Assembly (NCBI RefSeq): GCF_964194025.1
Contig: NC_134479.1
Location: forward strand, 42,966,001-43,030,000
Source of the DNA: Convolutriloba macropyga
Taxonomy: Eukaryota
Direction: 5' to 3'
Length of the DNA: 64,000 nt
The position numbers and the translations under genes are program-made. The notes under the pieces were generated by a model. That model was not told the origin of the DNA. It saw nothing but the letters and a program-made list of their open reading frames with translations, and did no database searches. Shown here in pieces: positions 40,501 to 50,500 of this stretch. The first letter of the stretch is position 1. The number at the start of each line of letters is the position of its first letter.

Positions 40501-43144
40501 AAAAACTCAATTGCGTTATAAATGTGATTCTAAATAAAGGTGTTATAAATTAGCAAAAAACGATTCCAATAAAAACATTTCCAAAAAATCAGAACTCGTA
40601 GAATCAAAGCCATGAACCGAATCAAAGCCATGAACCAACAAAACAAAAAACAACCTTTTAGAAAGAGTCAATTATTTTCTCCAAAAAAATTAAGCACGTA
40701 TTTACTGCGACTTAGCTAAAAACTGACAGATTTTAATAAAAGGCAAAGTTCAAAGCTTTAATATTTTCTCCAAACAAATGCATTGAAAGTCATAGGAGCG
40801 ACAAGGTATCGACTGAAAGCATTATAAAAGTTCGCTTGCATCATTTAAAGAAGCTAACTGGGTCTTATATTAGTGATTTTCAGAAATGGTACTGCGAAGA
40901 GAAAAAATGCGAGCAAAAAAGAATTTAATTAAAGTTCCCAAAAACACTTCATCGAAGCCATAAAAAACATGAGATTGTCTATTAATCGTAACATATAACC
41001 ACTGCGCAGCATTTTCACGTAAATAATAGCCGCCAATAATTAACCTTTGACAGGAAATATTCTGGTCTGTAAATGTAGAAAAAAACACAAAATATTGCTT
41101 ATAATTGTTAAAGAGGACCTCGCCCCAATGAAGTCGGACAAAATTTTAATTCTCAAAAACCCCGATGCGATCTGGCCATGATATTGCTGAGCGTTGATTA
41201 GTAACAAATAATTGTTTCAAACATAACCGATAATTTGTCAACAAACATTTCAATACAGAAAAGTGCTGCATTTTGGATAATGATTAAGTCAAGTTAGCAA
41301 AAAACGGCCAAAATACAAGACAGACAAGTCTCTTGTTCTTTTGCGGCACTTAAATTGTGTCCGCAGTTTTCAGGACGCTAATGCTGGCAAATTTGAATAA
41401 AATGGGCTAAAGAAGCATATTTGGTGCCAAATGGGTAAAAAGCTGAATTTTGAAAAATTTAGCAAAATTTTGAGCTAAAATTGTTTTAAACAATTCAGCA
41501 ACCCTCCTCTGTGTTTAAAGGCAAAACTAATTACGGACGGTTCTGCTAATAAATTAAACAATTTTAATAAACTAAATTAACTTTAGCAACAAATTTCAAA
41601 ATTGAACAAAAATCCCGAAAACGTGAACAAAACCAACGGATATGCTTCAAATGTTCAAATTTAAACCCCGATAACTACCTGGAAAAAAAAATCATAAAAT
41701 TCATAAAAAAACTTTAATTTTATATTCTACGCTGCGCGAGTTTCCTGAGACGCACCACTCGCAATTCTCTACGATTAATATCAATCGGCAAAGTTGGCTG
41801 AACAAAAAACCCTGTTGAGTATTTAGTTCCTCCCCCACTAAGGTGGGTCTAAACAATAATCCCATTACAAGTTAGCTACCGGTATTACAAGAATATTTCA
41901 TAATTCAATTAGACAATATAATCCCATGTTCGATTCTGGGAGTTTCATATCAAGTCCCACATGCCGCTAAGTCAAGGCCAAATGAACTAATTTTACATTA
42001 TGCTAAATAGTCGGTAGTTTAACAATAGGATAAAAACATTCAGTATTTTGGCATTGCGTATTTTGTCCTGACAGCAAACAAAATTAAGACTATTGCAGAA
42101 AAAGCAACAATGTTCATATCAAATGAGCAATATTAATAAGACTAACAACTTCGAAGTCTTATTTTCTAAACCGATTGGTTCAACAGCTATGATCAGAAGT
42201 TACTCATGCTCTTTCAGCAAGGAAGTAAAGCGCACATCAAAGCTTCATTTTACATATAGTACCCTTTCTCAAAACATCTGATCATTCAAAAAACGCAACT
42301 CTCTGCACGCCCATTACAACTCCTTTTGCCAGAATTGGTCACAATTAAACATAATGCTTGTTTTTGATCTGATTATGGTTTGTATTAAATACTTAACAGG
42401 TGGGAGCATCCATTAAAATTATGAACTGTTTATCCATTATAAATGTTTAATCATATGAAATAGAGCTGATTAAATAATACATGGGAAAAGTAAAAGTTTC
42501 CAATAAACAGTTACCTTTAATAGGGTCTACTCTTACAACAACTACAGCTTCGTTTCTGCCAACTTTGATTAGTTTGTTAATTGATCTGATTCGTCTCCTT
42601 GACAACTCTCCCATTAAAATCATGCCTGTAAACAAAAAAATGACACCATAAGTACAGGAGCTCAAATTGAGCATCGGTAAGCATGAAATTTAACATCCAT
42701 GAATAGGTAGTCTCAGTTGAACGAAGGAAAAATTTTTTAGAAGACTTATGTTTCAATGATTTATCCATTTTATTATTGTCGACCTTTTGATTTTAGTTCC
42801 AAAAATTGTTCGCTACCAGATCATTTATTGTACAGAAAAATTCGAGAATTTTGCCAGCCAATTGCAATCTGAGCGGGCTTTCATGTCACTTCGGAATCCC
42901 AAAGCATGGCAGTGGACAGCTACGAAGTTTGTAAATTTCTCATCTTTAGTTTTCAGTTAAACCGCATACCATCTACTGCGGTGCAAAGTGTCAGAAAAAA
43001 TACCGTACCTTCTATATTTTTGTATTCATTCAATTTCACATAAGCTCCCATATCTTCAATCTGTTTAATTGTAACCATAACCAACTCGTCGATCGCAGGG
43101 AATTTGGCCCTGTAGAACCGACAGTTCAAAGCACCAGTGCTCAT
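25600..43144 (-). CDS. EIF2S1: Eukaryotic translation initiation factor 2 subunit alpha, 337 aa. Exons 43144-43009, 42625-42515, 38990-38825, 35607-35438, 34222-34125, 33872-33729, 25788-25600
   Basis: All six introns are GT-AG and phase-compatible, 1014 nt total. Translation gives [88 protein letters not shown] and an acidic tail. Confidence 0.98.
27700..27770 (+). pseudogene. Short LINE RT motif remnant in eIF2-alpha intron 6
   Basis: Reads [16 protein letters not shown], resembling the GVPQGSVLGPLLFLLYI motif. Confidence 0.45.
32305..33585 (-). mobile_element. Long HINE-like element (hairpin caggac-aa-gtcctg family) with internal ~170-bp satellite
   Basis: Begins aacatagcaggacaagtcctgaaatacaatt and is colinear with 56383-58137. 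Confidence 0.75.
34696..34911 (-). mobile_element. Internally deleted HINE-like element lacking the G-rich core
   Basis: Both ends present: aacataactgactaaagtcg.gcgaattgctctcaaa ... ttcgtttgagagcaattaa. Confidence 0.8.
36461..36891 (-). mobile_element. HINE-like element with G-rich core
   Basis: acataaccgcctaacgtcaggcgaattgttctcaaac ... ends in the perfect hairpin ttaattgctctcaaac-ttc-gtttgagagcaattaa. Confidence 0.8.
36903..37147. mobile_element. MITE-like element with ~55-bp imperfect TIRs
   Basis: gatggcacttaaaaatc..aaagtactcaagtgtccccaacaa versus ttgttagggacacttgattacttt..gattttgaagcaccatc. Confidence 0.6.
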
Positions 43145-45207
43145 TGTCAAAACTGAAAAGAGTCGAAACCTATTCTCAACAAGTGAAACATAACAACTCG
43201 CAAATTCTGTTCAAATTGGTGATTCAATTCAAGTCATGATGCAGCAATTGTTAAAATAGAGAACGATTGCCAAATAGGAGAAAGATTTAAATGAGAATCA
43301 CGAAAGCAAGAAACATTCTTCGCGAAAAAAAATGCGATGTCCCATTTTCATAAATTGGATATCATAGTTAATGTAGATAAGCACATTACGCAAAGAACCC
43401 ATCGAATACTACCGTGCGTAGCATAGAACTTTTCCGCATTTGTATTTACGTACATTGCATTATATTGCATAGGGAATGGGAATGGTACGCAGCAGTTTTT
43501 ATTCATTCAAAAATCATTAAGCTGTTGAAAAAATCATTTTTTTGTGATAAACATGACACGCAAGGGAATATATTCGATTGAACTTGATGCTTCCGCCCAA
43601 TTTCATTTTTGCATTTTTATTACATTTTAAGACAAGTTTTATTATCTAATTTCATAGTAAAATACAGTTTTAAAAATATTTCGTCTTAGATGTTATTAGA
43701 TGCTCTTCATCATTTAACCTGTCCTTGCTTTTCGCTATAGGAGTGCCTTATATTCTCAAAACGGATTTGTTTTAAGTAGCCAGTAATGAAAATCAGGCGA
43801 CAAAACCACTAAGGTCGCCCATCACCATGAAAAATGTCGTTAAAGTTATACCGGTAATTGGCCCAAGAAACACCAATAAATCTACGAAACTTGAGAGCTT
43901 GTGCACTGACTCCCCGAAGCCAGTCAAAACATTTAATTCAAATACTGAACATCAGAAAAGGATCCAAGATAAAATTTGAAAAACATTCCAAAAACTCTTT
44001 ATTAGCCCTTACTGGTGGTAACAAAATACTATTTCAAAACAAATAGGCTGCCCAAATTTTATTTAAATCTAAGTGCCTCCTTGCATCTACGAACACCGAT
44101 GCATCGTAGCTCAAAATAGTTGTAGATACTTCTCTTGGCAGTTATATTTGACAGGGAAAACAAAAAACTAGTTTGTAATACAAAAAATTATTTCTTCAAG
44201 ATCAGAAAACACATGTAACAGTCGAAAAAAATTTGAGAAAAAGCCCACCAAACCTAAGGTTGGATGCCTAAATACAACTGCTTAAAGGTTGGATTGTCGG
44301 TTCCTCAAACATAAATGGTCCATCCTTCTTCAAGTCACGAAGTTGAAAATCATTTTAAATCCCTATTTAAAAAAACCGACGGTTTACTGGTTTATGTTTT
44401 TTTTTCAGTTTTGACTCTAATTGAGCAGAAAAAATAGCGATCAAGACAAGAGCTAAAATTTTTTTTCGAAAAAAATTATTTTTGCTCGCGCGGCTTTATA
44501 TGATTCAGATTACTAAAGCTCTTTGAATAATAGTATTGGAAAACAAAGGTTATTAATATCAAAAGAACTAACATGGGACAAAAACGTTGCTTAATTTGCG
44601 TAAACCTGATCCATGTGATGCAACTCAACAAGTTCTGTCACAAAAACGTTACAAATCGTTAAAAATTTTGAAATTCCAGCAAATGAGTTTGAGTATTCAA
44701 AAGTTACATGGGCCTGTTCAATTCTGCTGAAAGATAAACCTAAAATTTCACAAAAATGAAGATTAGCACCGAGCTGAATTTTTAATACAGTGACTATACA
44801 TCCCACTAATTTGGCTTAAAAATATAAATGATAGTTTTCAATTCCCTTTAACAATAGAACTATATTAGCATGATTTATTCGAAACCATTAGCAACATAAA
44901 TAGTTGAACATACAAGTTATAATTTGAAACGAAACCAATAAGCTATTTGTCTCAACAATGTTTTTAGGATAGGCAACTCATTCGAAACACAATTTTTTTA
45001 TGTTCACAATTATATTTTCTGGACGACTTAACGTTGAAAATAACACTTGCAAATATCTACAGAGATTGCACAGATCATTTCAAACTTCACCTTCAGCAGA
45101 AACTAGCAATATGATTACGCAAAGGAGCGAAATAATCCAAAATTGGCAACTCAAACAAAAAAATGAGAAATAAGTTAAAGAATAATAGTCCTTTCTCTTC
45201 AAAAAAG

Positions 45208-45560
45208 AAACAAACCGACTAATATCGGAAGAAATGCTCTCGAACGACAGGCGGGTGGAAAAAAAATTTGACCCCACCGGGATTCGAACCACTGACCTCA
45301 CGATCCATCATCAGATGCACTAACCAATCGGCTAGCTGTTTCTTGTCTTTGCTTTGCTGCAACCGACTTTATATTAGCAACAAGCATTACTTCGGAGTGA
45401 GCGCAATAGAGATCACTCAAAAATGAACGAAAGCGTGAAAAAGTCACTTGAGAAGTCAAAGAATGTTCTAGAAGAAAAGCAAAAAATGGTCAAGCGAAGA
45501 ATTTGCATAAAAAAGACCAAAACGTTTACAATAATTGCTATGAACTTCGTCCAAGAGCAC
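45208..45560 (-). mobile_element. HINE-like element carrying a tRNA-derived cassette
   Basis: HINE ends (ccgactaatatcgg hairpin, tgctctcgaacga / tcgtccaagagca subTIRs); inside, on the minus strand, A-box TAGCCGATTGG (45334-45324), B-box GGTTCGAATCC (45290-45280), then T8. Confidence 0.7.
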
Positions 45561-46124
45561 AAATTAAGTTTTAAATCTTCCAAGACTTCCAAAAAATTCA
45601 GGGAAAAATTAAACATTGGTACACAATCTAAGATCAAATTCGAACTAAATTCTCAAAAACAAATGCTAAATGCTGAAAATGCAAAAAATCATGTTCAAAA
45701 TTAAGAACATAACCGGCAAATAGCCGCCGTTAACGCACTTGATCCGGATTAAAACAGAAAAAAAGATAGAAATTGACCCCATTTTTTGTTTCTTTGTCGT
45801 TCTCTAATTTGACGTTCAGTTTCACTTAGATTCTAAAACTACATTAAAATGACATTCTAAACTGAAAGCTATTAAGCTTAATATTAATGTCAGCCAGCAA
45901 TCACCCCAATAAACTTTGATAACCTAATGCTCTATGACTTAATGACCGGCCATTATTGGTATATCCCTTTTCTTTTGATTTTCCTCTTTTGACTTTGACT
46001 GCATTCACTAAACTGCATAATTCAATGCGTGAAAGAATTTAAAATCCATTCAGTTGAAACAGCGGGTGAGGTTATTCAAGACTTATATAAGACAAAATAA
46101 AAGACTTAAGTAAGATGAAAAACA

Positions 46125-46462
46125 GAAAACGACTAATGTCGGAAGAAATGCTCTCGAACGACAGGCGAGTGGAAAAACATTTGACCACGCCGTGATTCGA
46201 ACCATTGACCTACCAATCCCTAACCATAAGCACTGCCCACTAGTCTATCAGGCGCTTCTCGTTGCTATGTTGTAACCGATTTTAAATTAGCAACAATGAG
46301 AGCAATAGAGATCACTCAAAAAAGAAGAACGAAATCATGAAAAAGTCACTTGAGAAGTCAAAGACTGTTCTAGAAGAAAAACACAAAATTAGTCACGCAA
46401 AAAATTTGAACAAAAAAGACCAACACGTTTACCAAAATTGCCATGAAATTCGTTCAAGAGTT
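46125..46462 (-). mobile_element. Second, diverged copy of the tRNA-cassette HINE
   Basis: Colinear with 45208-45560; B-box GGTTCGAATCA. Confidence 0.7.
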
Positions 46463-47527
46463 ATTGAACGTGTTCAAAAGGTAACGCAAATTCAAAAAAA
46501 GGAGAGCACCTAAGTAATAGCCGTTGAGAGACTGACGGCGGCTATTAAAAATTAGACGAATATACTTTCCACAACTTTTTCAAAAACTAGTATTTAACAA
46601 GCTTTACAAAATTAAGCAGAAAATCGGCATCATTTGATCAACAAAAAGCTACTTTTATTAAAGCGCGATCAAAAATTCGTAAAATTTTCCGACGATATAA
46701 TGAAAGCAGCCAAGAGAAGGCCAGTAAAATTTCCGCTCAAAAGTTGAGAACTGCACAAATGAGATTGCCCAAACGCCACAGAAAAGCCACCTTAAGACAA
46801 ACCTCCTACTGTTTTCTCGAACAACTAGTGGGAGCTCTAATCAATTGCAGCCTGCTTCAGTCGGGGGAGGGGGATTTGGGGAGTCTAAATGGGACTAAGA
46901 AGTTCAATAGTGGGCTTCAAATAACAACATTAGAAGTTAACATATACCACTATTGAAATTTAAAGTGAAAAATGGCACCACTTTTCGCACACTTTTTATT
47001 AGACTTTTCGTATTGAATTGCCGCCAATTGAGTTCAGCTGCTTGAAATTGTGATTGGAAGAGAATTTTAGATCACGCGAAACGCAAAAAGTCAAGGGTGT
47101 AAAAGTCACTCGAAAAGTCAAAACGGTTGAGCGAAAATTTTGCATAAAAAAGACAGGTTTACAATAATTGCTATAACTTCGTTCAAGAGCAATTAAAAAC
47201 TGCATCATCGTTTTATACCATTTCTGTTCACTTTCGCTCTCTCAAGGAGCTGAACAGATCTTAGAAGTCAAGCAACCAAGATGATAGCCCTTGCTACTGT
47301 GACGTTACTTGAACCACTTTTAACGGTACTGCTAAGGAAAAAAGAAACTTTTACCGTACAATTCAATTCAGGTACTTCAGGCCGTTTTTCAATAGAAAAC
47401 TGCACCAATGTTAACATAATGCGTCTAAGCATAAAATTTAATCTACCATTTAGACTCAAACTACATGAAGATTACAGGCTGCAGAGACCACAGTCAGAAG
47501 TATCATTCCACAGTGAAAACAGTCAGC

Positions 47528-50500
47528 TCAAAGCACCATCACATCTTCGTAAAAGTTGTGGTTGTGGGTTCTTGGGAATATGGTCTGTTTATGTCGAAAA
47601 TATAAAGAATGTCATTGCCACACAAAAGAGTTTCTCCTTACCACTCCACACCTGCTACACATTCCTTGATGAGCTCGGCATCCATGCAAGTGATTCGGCC
47701 AAAAATGTCTTGGAAACGGATCCTGAATCATCTGCAAGCAAACATTTCCAGATCCTCTGCGACGAGTGTCCATAATATGCCACAGTGTGTTACCATTCGT
47801 CCCCGGTAGACGTTGATGGTACTGATAGCTATGACGATGTCTTGGAGGTGGAATCCAGTGTTCATCGCTACTGTATCCATCAAAAGAACTGGATCCAGGT
47901 CTGGAAGAGTAGTTGGTCATTGTTGAGCGGTTGCTTGTTTGATCACTTATAAAGTCGGTTTCGTAGTCTCGCGGGTCTAGCATGTGAAATCCATTTTCCA
48001 AAGTATCCGGGTAAGGTGAGGACCAACCAGTTGTAGTTCGCGTCAAGTTTCGCCTGAAACAATTGAGGTTTTATAATCTTAAACATAACCGACTAACGTC
48101 GGGCGAATTGCTCTCAAACGACCGGCGAGCGGTTGGCTTCGTCAGTAGCTAGCCACGGGGGGGGGGGGGGTGCACTGGGGGCAACACTGGGTTGGGGGGG
48201 GGCAACAGCGCGGTGGGGATGGGGGTCAACGGGGGGGGGGGGGGGGGGTTTCTCAACCTCTCAGAACCGCCCTTCACACCATAAGTATAAGTCTCCAAAA
48301 CGGTTTGAGCTGAAACAGAGCTGAAAGGCTCTAAGAGCACTTAATTCCCGCTGGGCGCTACCTGTTTATCCCGTTTTTGAGGACGAAAAGTCAAAAGCGT
48401 CAGACGAAAAATCGGTCAAGCGAAAAATCGCATAAAAAAAAGACCAACAGGACTAATATAATTGCTACAAACTTCGTTTGAGAGCAATTAAAAATGTTAT
48501 GGGTTTCTACGAGTTTCAGACAGTCATTGATATCGTACAAAGCAATTTACTTAGTCAACTTTTACTATAAATAAACAGATGTTTGCAAGAAAACTAAGCA
48601 AAATTAAACTGAAGTTAAAGTTAAACTAAATTAAAGCAAATTTAAACATCAGTTATATTATATTAGGTTAGGCCATAATATGGTTTGATTCAGTTAATTT
48701 ACATCCGTTTCTGACCAAACTACCGCTCAGCAGTTGTGACCATCAACTGAATCAAAATCCTGACTTCAAAACCGGTACCAATGTTTCAGCTGCAATCAGG
48801 AAATGCTATTAAAGACATTTAAAAAGAACCTTCGATTGCTTTGAGATGTCGATGCACTGTTTCCCCTCTGTTGCATCCTCAAGTCTGTAAAGTTCTCCAG
48901 AAAAATGTTACGCGTCTCCAATTCATGCAATTCTTCAGCACCTCTAGTCTCCGATGGGTGGCATCTCAAGAATTCTGTGATGATATGCTCCAAGTGAGAG
49001 TTTCGTGATATTGTCATCATTTTCTCCCTGCACGTTGGGCACTAAAAACAAGCATGTCGTTATTCAATATTTAATACAACAGCTATTTTTTTGGTTTCAT
49101 AAATTTCAATAGCTTTGATTTGACCATTAAATAAATTTTGCAGTACAACTTAGCTGCCATCTAATTTCTTTTTCTTAGGTTTCAAGTCTTTAATTTCAAA
49201 AGAACATAACCGACTAACGTCGGGCGAACTGCTCTCAAACAACCGGCGAGCGGTTGGCTTTGGCAGTAGCCAGCTGGGGCTTAGGGATGCTAGCATTTGG
49301 GGAAGGGGGTTGACCAGTGTGGGAGGGGGCGGGGCAAGCGTTGGGGAGAAGCGATGGGGGTAGGGTTGCGAAAACTAGATGAGAAGGGGGCTTAAATCGA
49401 CAGCGGGAGGAGGGTGGACATTGGGAATCTTGACACGGGGGGGGGGGGGGCTGATGGCGAGGGTTTAAGAACTGCATTTCACACCATGAAATTGTCTCCT
49501 TAAAACAGTTTTGGTGAATCGCATTCTTAGAGTATAGAAATAGGGCTCTAAGAGAACTTAATGCCCTCCGAGCGGTACCTGTTTATCCTGTTTTTGAGTA
49601 CGAGAAGTCAAATGGGTCATGTTTGTTGTGCGGTCATGTGAAAATCGCACAACAAACATAGCCGGTAGAATACCGGAAACGAATCGAAGCGTCGTGCATT
49701 ATAATCTGTAGCCTTAGGTTACCAAAATCAGAAAATCAAAATAGACACGAGAAAAAGTTTTTAAAAAAGTGTGTCTGTAAACTAATGTCTGTTTTAGAAA
49801 ATGCAGACACACTTTAGTTCAGGGTTGTGGGTAGGTGCACTGGGGGGTGAGTGGGGAGGGGGTGGGTAGGTGGGGTATCTGAATCAAAGAAAAGATTTTG
49901 ATTTGGATTCAAAATATTACAAGATGTAAATATACTCGTGGTTATTCCAACTTGTTTCTTATTTTTTGAAAAGACTTTATATTTTGCAAATCTTCATGAC
50001 TTGAATTTTAAAAAGCAGCATAAGTAATATTACCAAACATGACCGACTAAAGTAGATGGCTACGGCTTAGGGAGACTAGGTTCAGCTTTTGTTGAGGGGG
50101 TGGGAGCGCGGGGATGGGGGGAAGGGTGAGGTCGAGCGTGTCGGGTTACGTATGTAAGGAGGTGGAAGGTGACGACGTAGGTGAGGGGGATAAAGTGTCG
50201 TACTTAAAGTCAGACGTAACGCGGGAGAGGTTAAGTGTATGTTTGGGTGTGATGTAACCGGTCCAGCTCTTCAGAACTGTTTTTGGCACCATGAAATGAT
50301 GTCTCATAGAGTTGAGTTCAATCGCATACCTAGACTAGCAACCCATATCCTCTAAGAGAAATTTAATGCCCTCCGGGCTTTACCTGTTCATTCCATTTTA
50401 TAGGAGACGGAATGTTAGTAATACAAAAAAATCGCAGAAAAAAGTCCAGTAGGACTGAATATAAACCGACAAAAATGAGTGAAAAAATTCTAAGAGCAAC

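Noticed and set aside
43850-44150. Possible LINE endonuclease remnant (NKEFLECFSNFI, minus strand)
   Set aside because: Too degraded to support without a profile search.
45267-45341. Functional tRNA gene
   Set aside because: A and B boxes are present but the acceptor and T stems do not pair; it lies within a repeat.
47281-47809. + strand ORFs of 164 and 66 aa
   Set aside because: Antisense to the last exons and 3' UTR of the RING gene; no recognisable motif.
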